This document shows, piece after piece, positions 24,208-33,651 of a DNA stretch of 64,000 nucleotides (positions are counted from its first letter, which is position 1; each line of letters starts with the position of its first letter). The DNA comes from a virus. The stretch covers positions 32,001 to 96,000 of the IMG/VR virus record IMGVR_UViG_3300030419_007131. One strand, given 5' to 3'. The notes under the pieces were generated by a model. The model searched no databases, was not told where the DNA came from, and saw only the letters and a list, made by a program, of their open reading frames with translations. A program made the translations under genes and the position numbers.

Positions 24208-26140
24208 CTTTGTCTGCCTCTTTTTTCTCCATTTGTTCAACTAAGCGTCGCACTTTTGTAGTGTTTTCAAACAAATTGGCCTCGTCTTTATTATAAATAG
24301 ATTCCTTATATTGTTTCGTGCCAAACGTTACATCCAAAATCTTGCCGGGCGGAGTGGTAGCGCGGCCGCGACCACGAGGTATCTCTGGGAGAGCCGTGCT
24401 GGTAATATGACGACGCGTTCCGCCTAGGTCTCGATTGTCGACGGCCACCGGCGTATAAGTGCCATGATCATAAACATGCTCTCCTTCTTCACTTAAGTGA
24501 CCATCCTCCCGTCGTCCCGGAGTGGTGAGTAAAGGAGACTCTTCGCCGCCGAGGTCTTCGCCTCCAAGATCTTCACCGCCGAGGTCTCCCCCAAGGCCGC
24601 CAAGTTCTTCGGCACCAAGGTCGCCCCCAAGGTCGCCCCCAAGGTCGTCGCCCAAGCCGCCACCAAGTTCTTCAGCAGCTGCGTCTTCAGCAAGGGCTTC
24701 AAGTTCTTGTTGGTATTTACGATCATAAAACGTTTCGCGTTGGTTGCGCAAGAACTCAGAATCAGAAAGGCCCAAGATATTGGAGGCCACCCAACGCTTG
24801 CTGAATGTCCCCTCCGGAACAGCTGTTGCCGTATCAAACTTGGTACGCATGTATTCTAGCTGCTGCAACTCCGCCAAACGAGAGGGATTGTTGAGTGTAA
24901 TCTTAAACGACAAAAGATCCTCACCGCGATACCCCAAGGTATACAAATGAACAATCGCCATCTTCTCTAGCTCTGAAACTACCGACCTTTGCAGGCGGTG
25001 GATGGTGCGCGCAAAGCGAATATCTTTCTGGGCTAACGTTGTCTTATCTTCGTCGCCACCCTCCAAATTGGTAAGATAAGCTTGCGGAATCTTAATTGCA
25101 GCGAAGAGTTTGTCGCGCAGATATTTAACATCGTCAATATCATTAAGACTGCTAGCGCCCTGGAGGGAGCTAATGTCAGAACCAACGCCGCCACGAATAG
25201 GAATAAAGTAGTCCTCTTCCAGCGAAAGAGGGTTATATCGCAGGTCGACTCGACCAGTTGTGGCATCAACCAACTGATTACGCTTCATCTCGGTTTTGAC
25301 CTTTTCCATATACTGAGGAATTTCTTGAGGCGGGATATTCCCCACATCGATCTTAAAGATCCTGCGCTCGGGTGCACGAACGACACGGTAGGCAATCATC
25401 GCATCCTCTAAAAGAACCAGCTGGCGCCAAATGCGACGCGCTGGATCAAGAACCGAAGTGCCGTATGGGCTATACCTGTCATTACCAAGAATGCGGAAGT
25501 GGGCAACCTGCCAGTTTTCAAAGGTCATGCCGGCACCGTTCCACTGATACTGAACGTAGTTGGGATTGGTAGCGTCTTGACCCTCCAGCCTTTCAACTTC
25601 GTTATTAGGCATTCCGATCACTGACGTAATACCAAGATGCTCGTCGATGTCGAGATATAAAAAGAAGTCTCCATACTTGCACATGGAACGAGCCCAGCCA
25701 AAAGCGTTAAACTCAATATTCAAAGCATCGTAAAAGAGCGCTTCGAGAATTGACTTGATCTCGTGATTCATGCAGTCAATATTTAGAAGACGATCATACT
25801 CATTCGAGGTCGTCATTTCGTCGGCATAAATATCCAATGCTGAGGCAATCTCTGGCATGTATTCCATTTGCTCAAAATCGGTATACCGCTCGGCGCGGTT
25901 CTGGTTTCGAAACGCAGCAGAAGTATACAAGTTATAGTTCTGCGACATATTGTTGTCGGCGCGCTTAAACTCCTGGCCGCTTAGGGACCTGAATCTGTAT
26001 CGATATTTATCTAAATTGCCGCGGCGCTCTTGACGTGCGACTTGCGTCCGATAGTTTACAATCGGACCTGACAGCATTCGAGTTAATCGTTTGAATAACG
26101 GTGAAGCTGGGTTTCTTGTGTTTCTCTCGTTCTTGGCCAT
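24197..26140 (-). CDS. Portal protein (T4 gp20-like)
   Basis: PEIASALDIYADE, QLVLLEDAMIAYRVVRAPERRIFKIDVGNIP, EDYFIP.RG, DDVKY...KLFAAIKIP. Confidence 0.96.
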   Translation of the reverse strand: MAKNERNTRNPASPLFKRLTRMLSGPIVNYRTQVARQERRGNLDKYRYRFRSLSGQEFKRADNNMSQNYNLYTSAAFRNQNRAERYTDFEQMEYMPEIASALDIYADEMTTSNEYDRLLNIDCMNHEIKSILEALFYDALNIEFNAFGWARSMCKYGDFFLYLDIDEHLGITSVIGMPNNEVERLEGQDATNPNYVQYQWNGAGMTFENWQVAHFRILGNDRYSPYGTSVLDPARRIWRQLVLLEDAMIAYRVVRAPERRIFKIDVGNIPPQEIPQYMEKVKTEMKRNQLVDATTGRVDLRYNPLSLEEDYFIPIRGGVGSDISSLQGASSLNDIDDVKYLRDKLFAAIKIPQAYLTNLEGGDEDKTTLAQKDIRFARTIHRLQRSVVSELEKMAIVHLYTLGYRGEDLLSFKITLNNPSRLAELQQLEYMRTKFDTATAVPEGTFSKRWVASNILGLSDSEFLRNQRETFYDRKYQQELEALAEDAAAEELGGGLGDDLGGDLGGDLGAEELGGLGGDLGGEDLGGEDLGGEESPLLTTPGRREDGHLSEEGEHVYDHGTYTPVAVDNRDLGGTRRHITSTALPEIPRGRGRATTPPGKILDVTFGTKQYKESIYNKDEANLFENTTKVRRLVEQMEKKEADKDEA

Positions 26141-26143
26141 TTT

Positions 26144-27730
26144 TTATCCTTTTATCAAAGCAATATACTGCTCGTTAAATACTGCCGCTTCTTGGGAGCG
26201 CTGATTCTCTTTTGTTATTTTGTGTCCTTGCATGCCGGGAATGGTTGTTGAGATGTTTGTTTTTGATGTACTTATAGACGACAAGAACTGCTTGCTATAT
26301 TCAACGCTTTGCTGACTTTCCACGATTACAGTATCCCTCACCCAACACCCGATAGCAAATGACATCACTAAATCATCATTATAACTGCGCATCGCCTGCG
26401 GTCTTCCTGCTTGCCAAATAAATGTTTTCATTTCAGAAAGCAAACGATTCGAGTTAATCTTAATTAGTTTGTTTCTCATAAACTCTTCCATCTTAGCTAC
26501 AATCAAAGGTCTCGTTTTTGAAGATGTAGTAAACCCTGGTATCACATTCGATTGCCACTGAGCCGAAACTGGGTCCACATAACTATGATCTCCCTTTGCA
26601 GAGTGATATATATTAGGATACCCTTTATCTAATAACTTTTTAAGCACTGCATAGCCTATGTTGTTGTTTTCTATAACCAACATTGGGTTGCCATATTCGC
26701 CAGCAACATTAAATAAAACATCTGCGAAGTCGTCCGGGGTGGGCTTTCCAACATATTCGGCAACCACCTCCAGGCTCGCTAGCTCAAAAACATGAAAGGC
26801 GCTGTTGTCCTTTCCGTCTCCTCGGGCAACATCAGCAACAATCAAATAGGGCTTTCCTTCTTCATGTCTTTTCCATATCCAATAATTTCTATCGAAACCG
26901 GTCCTATACTCCGGTGCTACGATCCTATCCAAATACCACTGAATGTCGTCGGGATGCACGACCGTTTCACCCGACACATTGAAGTTGCACTCAAGCTCCT
27001 GTGCAATTTGTCGCTTTGACATGTTCTTGGTTTCTTTTTCAAACCAAGCCTTGTCGCGGTCAGGATGAGCATCCCACATCAACGTGGTCATATGAAACGC
27101 ATTTGTGCCAGCCTCAGCCTCTACACAATTTTGATGGAACCAGTTGCCTACGCCGTTGGGAGTAGAGAGAGCGATGCAGCGACCACCAGTAGAAAGTGTG
27201 GGATAAAGCGCAGTCCACAGATCAGCAAGCTTTTCAACGTGTGCGGCCTCGTCGACCACTAAAAGTGAAAGTGCCTCAGAACGACCAGCATCGCCAGAAG
27301 TCGATGAGCCCTTAATTTGAGATCCGTTTGAGAGTTCAAATGAGGTCCTATTGTCAACAACAATCTCAGATATCCGCATCCATTCAGGCAGATGCTTAAT
27401 AATAGCTTTAACTTTTTTTACAAGATTGGTTGCGGTTTGAAGTTTCGTCGCAACAACTAAAATGTTTTTGTCGCGGTGGAACAGCATGAGCCACGCAATA
27501 TAAGCTGCCGTAATCGTAGAGATACCCAACTGACGAGCCTTCAAAATAATATTGAAACGATAGTCGCTGAAATCTTTTAATAGTTCTTTTTGATAGTCGT
27601 ATGCACTAAACGGTATTAGTCCACGTTGTGGGTGCGAAATTCGACAATAACTTGTCGTGAAATAAACTGGGTCCTTGCCCGCTTTGACGATCTCTTTTAA
27701 TATCTCTTCTTTAGTGAGGGCATTCCCCAT
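26144..27730 (-). CDS. Terminase large subunit (T4 gp17-like)
   Basis: YQKELL, KARQLGIST (Walker A), LLVVDEAAH (Walker B), STPNG, ADVARGDGKD nuclease motif, DDLVMS. No intein seen. Confidence 0.96.
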   Translation of the reverse strand: MGNALTKEEILKEIVKAGKDPVYFTTSYCRISHPQRGLIPFSAYDYQKELLKDFSDYRFNIILKARQLGISTITAAYIAWLMLFHRDKNILVVATKLQTATNLVKKVKAIIKHLPEWMRISEIVVDNRTSFELSNGSQIKGSSTSGDAGRSEALSLLVVDEAAHVEKLADLWTALYPTLSTGGRCIALSTPNGVGNWFHQNCVEAEAGTNAFHMTTLMWDAHPDRDKAWFEKETKNMSKRQIAQELECNFNVSGETVVHPDDIQWYLDRIVAPEYRTGFDRNYWIWKRHEEGKPYLIVADVARGDGKDNSAFHVFELASLEVVAEYVGKPTPDDFADVLFNVAGEYGNPMLVIENNNIGYAVLKKLLDKGYPNIYHSAKGDHSYVDPVSAQWQSNVIPGFTTSSKTRPLIVAKMEEFMRNKLIKINSNRLLSEMKTFIWQAGRPQAMRSYNDDLVMSFAIGCWVRDTVIVESQQSVEYSKQFLSSISTSKTNISTTIPGMQGHKITKENQRSQEAAVFNEQYIALIKG

Positions 27731-27738
27731 GACATTTT

Positions 27739-28287
27739 TTACTTGCCTTTACGGGTATCGTTCGAAGGCCTCTTGTTCTTGGGTCCAAGCTCTAGCCATG
27801 CACGAACAGCCTTATTAAGCTTAACCTCGGCAGAACCGGCCTCGACCTCTCCCACGTCTTTAAGGCCACCAATGCGATAATCGCAATGAGCCTGGCAATC
27901 CGTCCGGTAGTTAGAGATTCTTTGAACCAAAATATGATGGTCGCCTTCTTTCGTCAACGTGAGGGTATCACCCGTGATGTTCTTATATTCGGCTTTCAAA
28001 AATTTAACGATATCAGCCAAGCGTTTTCCGATGTCATCCTCAAAGCCTGGGTCCTTGACATCTTTAATTCTAACCTCGGCCTGATACTTCACACGCAGAA
28101 TGGGCCCGTGAAAATGAACCTTAAACCCATCCATAACCCGTCGGTCATTAATATAATGGCCGTCTTCACGTGCCAGTCCTACTTTCCGAGCTAATCCGTC
28201 GGCCTGCAGGGTCTCTTCGTGAGCGCCATCATACGCGTTTGCCGCCGCCTGGCTTATTCCTTTGATGATTTCATATACAGTTGCCAT
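27739..28287 (-). CDS. Hypothetical protein (likely start MATVYEII at 28287)
   Basis: AGGGA SD; tightly packed upstream of the terminase gene. Confidence 0.6.
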   Translation of the reverse strand: MATVYEIIKGISQAAANAYDGAHEETLQADGLARKVGLAREDGHYINDRRVMDGFKVHFHGPILRVKYQAEVRIKDVKDPGFEDDIGKRLADIVKFLKAEYKNITGDTLTLTKEGDHHILVQRISNYRTDCQAHCDYRIGGLKDVGEVEAGSAEVKLNKAVRAWLELGPKNKRPSNDTRKGK

Positions 28288-28288
28288 A

Positions 28289-28675
28289 TTATTGTTCCCT
28301 TGTTGGTCTCCACCCAGTCGCCCATCTTTCTTCGCGGTCCTCGATATATTGTATATAGCATTTGAAGCAGGCTTCAAACTTATTCATATACAAATCGTCT
28401 TCCGATCGAAAAGAATATTTTTCACAAACAGGACACGTCCTCTTGTGATCTCTATTAAGTAGTTTTTTGTTTATTAAAAATCCGTCTTGTTCTACTTTGT
28501 CTTGGGTTTCGGCTAGTTTTGCAAATTTCTTCTGCTCTGCCTGAGATTGCTGGATATACTGTTTTTCTTTTGTCTCGTCCCAAAACCGCTTCGGATTATC
28601 GATCGCCTCTCGTCCATACTTCTGAGTGATGGCGCGTTCTAGTTGAGCTATGTAATCTTGCTTTTCTTTATTCAT
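28289..28675 (-). CDS. Small zinc-finger protein (CPVC...CFKC)
   Basis: Two CxxC pairs near the C-terminus. Confidence 0.65.
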   Translation of the reverse strand: MNKEKQDYIAQLERAITQKYGREAIDNPKRFWDETKEKQYIQQSQAEQKKFAKLAETQDKVEQDGFLINKKLLNRDHKRTCPVCEKYSFRSEDDLYMNKFEACFKCYIQYIEDREERWATGWRPTREQ

Positions 28676-29133
28676 TTAACTATTTCAGTCGACAGCGCAA
28701 ATATCCCCAAAGAGGTGAGGGTTCCAATTCCAAAACCCAAAGCCACCAGGAAGGGGTCTTTACCAGGCTTTTGTTGTACGATGAGATCCATCAGTCGATC
28801 ATTCTCTGCAGCTTTAAGGATCATCATGGATTCATACTTGTCCTTCCACGAACCAATCTCAATATCTTTATAGTCTAGCTGCAATTGGAACCTCTCTCCT
28901 TGGAGGTGAAGTTCATAACTGATTCGAAGGTCACACTCGGCGTCTTCAAACTTCTTTTCAGTTGCAATCTTGGCGGCCGCATCAAGAGATAAAAGAACAC
29001 CATCAAACGGCACTACGTCGCCCGCTTTAACGGGTAGGACCACATAGTCTGAGGTTGTTTCTTCCTCGGCCAAAACTATTGCAGGACAGGCTAAGAAGGC
29101 TACTAAGTAAAGGGATAATATCTTTTTAAGCAT
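28672..29133 (-). CDS. Envelope protein with signal peptide, coiled coil and C-terminal TM helix (spanin-like)
   Basis: MLKKILSLYLVAFLAC...; C-terminal FLVALGFGIGTLTSLGIFAL; overlaps the upstream TM coiled-coil gene. Confidence 0.45.
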   Translation of the reverse strand: MLKKILSLYLVAFLACPAIVLAEEETTSDYVVLPVKAGDVVPFDGVLLSLDAAAKIATEKKFEDAECDLRISYELHLQGERFQLQLDYKDIEIGSWKDKYESMMILKAAENDRLMDLIVQQKPGKDPFLVALGFGIGTLTSLGIFALSTEIVK

Positions 29134-29542
29134 TGTTTAATCCGAAAGCTTCGGCCAATTCTTTCGCTAGCTTCTCTGGATCATTATAGCTTTTGTCGAC
29201 TAATCTTTTAAGTTCTGCTTCTTTTTTTCTATCAAGGGTCTCGCCTCGTTTTTCAAATTCTTTCTCGATTTCTTCCCGTCTCTTTAGATGTTCTGCCAAC
29301 CTGGCGTTTTTCTCTGCGGTCTCGGTATTATGGATGTGCGCCAGGGTTTCCATCTCTTGGTCATGAGCATCTTGTTTGGATTCCATTAGATCCAACACGG
29401 TAGCAAGAAATGCTCCGTTGCGCGTTAAAGCTCCAATCAATGCTGCGCATATAAAAAGTAGCGCTATGACGATAACCCACCAAAACTTTTTGGCCCAAAG
29501 CCAAGATTTTTTAGCTATCAATTTCAGCTTAAGTAAATTCAT
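29126..29542 (-). CDS. N-terminally anchored coiled-coil protein (i-spanin-like)
   Basis: Basic N-terminus, one TM helix (FWWVIVIALLFICAALIGAL), then a charged coiled coil. Confidence 0.55.
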   Translation of the reverse strand: MNLLKLKLIAKKSWLWAKKFWWVIVIALLFICAALIGALTRNGAFLATVLDLMESKQDAHDQEMETLAHIHNTETAEKNARLAEHLKRREEIEKEFEKRGETLDRKKEAELKRLVDKSYNDPEKLAKELAEAFGLNNA

Positions 29543-29727
29543 TATTTAACACCTTTAAGTCGTGCAACCGTATCTACCACGGTCTGACTTCCAATGTAAA
29601 CGCAAGTAATAATTACCCAATCGCTCGATGCAAGATCTGCGAAGGCCAAGAGGCCTGTAGCTGTAACCCAGGCCATCAGCTTACGCGAGACCATCTTATC
29701 CAATCCTTTATCAATAATGTGTCGCAT
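29542..29727 (-). CDS. Small two-TM holin-like protein (61 aa, start 29727)
   Basis: SRKLMAWVTATGLL...WVIITCVYIGSQTVVD resembles holins with the SRKF...Y..GQ...D pattern; GAGGAG SD. Confidence 0.6.
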   Translation of the reverse strand: MRHIIDKGLDKMVSRKLMAWVTATGLLAFADLASSDWVIITCVYIGSQTVVDTVARLKGVK

Positions 29728-29746
29728 GCTATTCAACTCCTCTCCT

Positions 29747-29754
29747 CTAATTAG
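29747..29754. promoter_or_regulatory. Palindromic CTAATTAG late-motif variant between divergent genes
   Basis: Self-complementary; 19 nt from the holin ATG (minus strand) and 15 nt from the J-domain ATG (plus strand). Confidence 0.55.
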
Positions 29755-29769
29755 GAGCGGGGAAAAAGG

Positions 29770-30444
29770 ATGTCTAAACAACTTAGCTTGAAATTCAAAA
29801 AAATGCTGAAACAAGCTGATTTTACGCATGCTGATTTAGAGTACCACAAAGAGCTGCTCCCCGAAGCCAAAACCACCTTTGGTGAGGCCATCGCACAAAT
29901 CATTAGCGAAATGGCCGAAGAAGACCAAGAAGCCATTAAAAGAGCAGATATTAAGCGCCAAGAAGAATTCGAAAAAAAGATGGATGCCAAGCGGGATGCA
30001 GAAAACATTAACCCCGAAGAATGGGAACCCATGCCAACTAGTAAAAAAGAGATCCCGCCTGAAAAGGAATCGGAGCTTAAAAGCATCTACCGTCGCATAG
30101 CTGCCAAAACTCATCCAGACAAAGCGATAGCCAGCGGGACTTCGCAAGAGAAAAAAGCGCAGCTAGAGAAAACTTTCATACAAGCCAAAAAAGCATATGA
30201 TGAGCATAACTGGTATGCGCTTTATCGTATTGCGGTAGCTCTCGATCTTCCTTTCGGAGAGCCGAGTCAAAATAAAATCGACTGGATCGAGGAAGATATC
30301 GAGGCAGCAATGGCTGAGATATCCAGGATCGCTGGTACCGTCGCGTGGGTATGGTATAACGGCGACGACACAGCCAAGCTGCATGCGTTAAAAAGCTATT
30401 TTCAACAAAATTATGGACTAGAGCTAGTACACACTAATGATTAA
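29770..30444 (+). CDS. J-domain (DnaJ-like) co-chaperone protein
   Basis: ELKSIYRRIAAKTHPDK...F.QAKKAYD corresponds to J-domain helix II, HPD and helix III; the only credible plus-strand gene. Confidence 0.8.
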   Translation: MSKQLSLKFKKMLKQADFTHADLEYHKELLPEAKTTFGEAIAQIISEMAEEDQEAIKRADIKRQEEFEKKMDAKRDAENINPEEWEPMPTSKKEIPPEKESELKSIYRRIAAKTHPDKAIASGTSQEKKAQLEKTFIQAKKAYDEHNWYALYRIAVALDLPFGEPSQNKIDWIEEDIEAAMAEISRIAGTVAWVWYNGDDTAKLHALKSYFQQNYGLELVHTND

Positions 30445-33400
30445 CTTTGGCATATCCGCCTGTTTTGTCAATCGTGACCTCTACATCCACGATATCTTTA
30501 AGAGAATCTAGATGGGAAATAAGAATAACAGTTTTAAAATACATCTTTATAAGCTGTAGAATCCTAATAAAGCCTTCCATATTCTCCGCATCTAAAGCAG
30601 TGCCTGGCTCGTCGAGAATAAAAATGTTTCCCTTGGGGAGGGATGATACAGACAGGAGCGCCAGGCGGATTGCCATAGCGGCCACAGTCTTCTCAGCGCC
30701 CGATCCCATCTCGATGGGGCGCGGATCGTGTTTGGGGTGCTTAATCAGAATATCAAGCTTGCGACCATCCTCCTGAAAGAAGACTTCAAACTCAGCAATG
30801 TTGGAAAGCACCTTGGCTATCTCACCATTAATCACTGGGAGGCGCTTTTTAATGATGTCATAAGCGATTCCGTTAGAGTGGGTGCATCGCATAAACAAAT
30901 CGTAGGATGCATACTCTTCACGAATATTGCGTAGATCTTCTTTCTTTTCTTGAAGAGTTTCGATCTTTTGCTCTAGCGAGCCGATTTGTCGGTGGTGATC
31001 ATTTATTAATTCTTCTAGCGAAATGATCGATTCTTGAGTAGTCTCGATTGTTTTTTGAACTTGATTTCTCGAAGATAAAAGATTTTCAATATTTTTTATT
31101 AAATCTTTCTTTTCTTCATACAAATCAATCTTAGTATTTACTTCGTTAAGGGTCGTTCTGTGGGCCTTTATCTTGGCATACAACCTCTCGATCGAAACCT
31201 TGTTGTCCCTCTTTTCGATCTCAATGTTGTTCTTGTTAATAATAATGTTATTATAGTTGTCAATCATTTCAATCATTTCGGCAGAATTAACCAAAGCTAT
31301 TTTAGTCTTATAAGATTTAGCATTTTCAATCTGATCAATGATGTCTACTTCTAAAGAGGGCAGTTCCACGGACGCCAAGTGCGCATCCTTAATGAATTGG
31401 CACATAGGAAAACTACTTCCACACGGCACTTCATCCAACAACTCTACTTTCTTACTCATCGCCTTATATTCATTATCAAGCAATCGAGCGTGACTCACGG
31501 TTTTATCATACTTCTTTTTAAAGTCATCGTATTCTTTCTTTTTTTCTAAAATATCTTCAATATCAATCGTCGTAAGAAAATCATCATACTCACTTAGTTT
31601 ACTATCATATTGTGCATTTTCGTCCTTAAGCTCAACAATATTAATATTAGTATCTTCAATTTTCTCTTGAAGAGATGTCTTAGTTTCTAAAAGCGCCTTA
31701 ATATCCAGTCTCTCAGCTGGGATTGATTCGATTTGTTCCGTTAAATCAGCAAACCGTTGCCGGGCGGTGGCAAGGTCTTCTCTCGCCTGCGTGTGGTTGG
31801 CGGTTTCCTCATCTAGTTCCTGTTGGGCTTCTTGCCATTGAACCTCTGCTAGCGCAATATCATTATCGTAACTAACGTCTCCCACTCGTCGCATGACCGC
31901 CTTAAGCTCTGAGCTATCTTCGTGGGCCATTTTAAACTTTCTCTCGAAAATATCCAAATCCAAGAACTTTGCTAAAATCTCCTTTCGTCGCGTTGACCCC
32001 TCCTTAATAAAGGATAGGTTATCCAGCTGACTCGACATAGAGGTTAACAAGAAATCCTCTACGGTTCCAAATCGTTTGCGTATATGTGCATCAGTTTCGT
32101 TGCGTGTTGTTCCATTGAGACTGATTTCGTCGCCTACAGCTGGATCCACACCACTAAAATCTAGAAAGGTTCGAGCCTCATTCGTGACCTCACCCTTCAG
32201 CTTCTTTACATATTTTTCTGACTGACGTTCGATAGTATAGGTTTTGTCGCCCACTTGAAGCTCAACAACGCCGCGGCAGTCTTTCTTGTTCTGGTTAATA
32301 ATGTTGTAATTTTTTCTTTCATTTTTCGAAGTAGTATTAAACATGGTATAGAGCAAACCGTCGATGATACTAGATTTACCAGAATAGTTCTTACCAAAAA
32401 TACCCACTATACCATTGAGGTTGGCGAAGTCGACGCTGTTGCCCTCACCATAATTGAACAGATTGTCCCACTCAAACCTATTGATGTTCCAGTTAATGTT
32501 GCGCGCGACTTCTTCCGTCTCTTCGATCTGTGAGTTATATCTTCGGTTTAGGTCGAAGACTCGTTGCAACATCTCTTCACTTGGTGCATAGTCAGCTAAG
32601 TACTCTCGAATGAGATTCTCCTGGACGCCCTTGTCTCGCAGGTTTTCTACCTTAAAGCTCCCGCCAATATTCACTGTTCCTCGCTCCCCAGCGGCGCGAT
32701 TTAGAAACGTAATACTCTCCGGCTTAAATCGATGTTTGGCCACATCAACTGCCTTGCGCATAACATCAAGCGGAAGGTTATTGTTACTCACGAGACGCAA
32801 GCGCGAGGTCGGAGGAATCTTCGTACCCTTGGGCATTCGTCCTTTTGGCGTGAGTTCGATTGTTACGAATGGTTTTGGATTAAGCAAAACATGGTGACTC
32901 ACGCGAAATTCGTTTTTGTCTTCAATTTCCCAAATGAGAAATCCCTTGTCATTTGTCTCGCCGTGATTCTGCTGAACAGTTGAACCACAATACCTCACGC
33001 GGCCTTCAGTGTCGAGAATCTGATTTGTCTTGTGGATATCGCCAAGCATTGCATAGTCGTGACCGGCGAAGACGCCGACGTCATGATCGCCGTGATCCAT
33101 TACCCACCCCGTGTCGGTTTTAACTCCAGACACAGAACCATGATAAAGTGCGATGTTAATGCGCGAGTTGTCGCTTGGAGCAACCCAATGATTTTCATCA
33201 AAAACCGACAACACATTGAGGGCGAGATTCGACTCCAGAACAGTTTCTCCGGAGTTCTTAAGCAAATGTAGGTTCGGTAGATCCAAAGCCTTCACAATGG
33301 GCGACAGCGCGTCCTGGCGGCTGCTGTTCTTTAGGTTGCCGTCGTGGTTCCCCAGAATGATGTAGGTTGGTGCGATTTTCGCTAGATTTGAAAAGAAATC

Positions 33401-33586
33401 GGAGCAAAGCTCAACGAACTCTGGTGAAATCTGTGTCTTGGTGTGGGCGATGTCGCCGCAATGAACGATGTAGTCTACGTTCTCTTTGCGAAGGATATCG
33501 TAAAGTTGTTCGAATACCTTCTTGTATTCATAATGAAATTTTAAGTTTTTTATATGCGTGTCCGCAAGGTGTGCTATTTTATACAC
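30434..33586 (-). CDS. Fused Mre11/SbcD nuclease and Rad50/SbcC ATPase (gp47-gp46 fusion)
   Basis: DTH, GDIAH, GNHD, HG and GDIH phosphoesterase motifs; then GKNYSGKS Walker A, a long coiled coil, GSGAE signature, ILDEP Walker B and ISH H-loop, all in one ORF. Confidence 0.93.
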   Translation of the reverse strand: MYKIAHLADTHIKNLKFHYEYKKVFEQLYDILRKENVDYIVHCGDIAHTKTQISPEFVELCSDFFSNLAKIAPTYIILGNHDGNLKNSSRQDALSPIVKALDLPNLHLLKNSGETVLESNLALNVLSVFDENHWVAPSDNSRINIALYHGSVSGVKTDTGWVMDHGDHDVGVFAGHDYAMLGDIHKTNQILDTEGRVRYCGSTVQQNHGETNDKGFLIWEIEDKNEFRVSHHVLLNPKPFVTIELTPKGRMPKGTKIPPTSRLRLVSNNNLPLDVMRKAVDVAKHRFKPESITFLNRAAGERGTVNIGGSFKVENLRDKGVQENLIREYLADYAPSEEMLQRVFDLNRRYNSQIEETEEVARNINWNINRFEWDNLFNYGEGNSVDFANLNGIVGIFGKNYSGKSSIIDGLLYTMFNTTSKNERKNYNIINQNKKDCRGVVELQVGDKTYTIERQSEKYVKKLKGEVTNEARTFLDFSGVDPAVGDEISLNGTTRNETDAHIRKRFGTVEDFLLTSMSSQLDNLSFIKEGSTRRKEILAKFLDLDIFERKFKMAHEDSSELKAVMRRVGDVSYDNDIALAEVQWQEAQQELDEETANHTQAREDLATARQRFADLTEQIESIPAERLDIKALLETKTSLQEKIEDTNINIVELKDENAQYDSKLSEYDDFLTTIDIEDILEKKKEYDDFKKKYDKTVSHARLLDNEYKAMSKKVELLDEVPCGSSFPMCQFIKDAHLASVELPSLEVDIIDQIENAKSYKTKIALVNSAEMIEMIDNYNNIIINKNNIEIEKRDNKVSIERLYAKIKAHRTTLNEVNTKIDLYEEKKDLIKNIENLLSSRNQVQKTIETTQESIISLEELINDHHRQIGSLEQKIETLQEKKEDLRNIREEYASYDLFMRCTHSNGIAYDIIKKRLPVINGEIAKVLSNIAEFEVFFQEDGRKLDILIKHPKHDPRPIEMGSGAEKTVAAMAIRLALLSVSSLPKGNIFILDEPGTALDAENMEGFIRILQLIKMYFKTVILISHLDSLKDIVDVEVTIDKTGGYAKVNH

Positions 33587-33612
33587 GTAGTTATCCCCTA
33601 GGCTATGATACT

Positions 33613-33642
33613 AGTATACAAGATACGCAGAGGGTATGTCAA
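33613..33642 (-). promoter_or_regulatory. Sigma70-type promoter TTGACA-N18-TATACT for the nuclease gene
   Basis: Consensus -35 and near-consensus -10 in the intergenic gap, followed by AGGGG SD and GTG start. Confidence 0.75.
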
Positions 33643-33651
33643 GGATTATTT

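Noticed and set aside
29751-30384. Minus-strand ORFs overlapping the J-domain gene, and the 95-aa extended holin start
   Set aside because: The plus-strand frame has a clear HPD J-domain; the holin SD supports a start at 29727.
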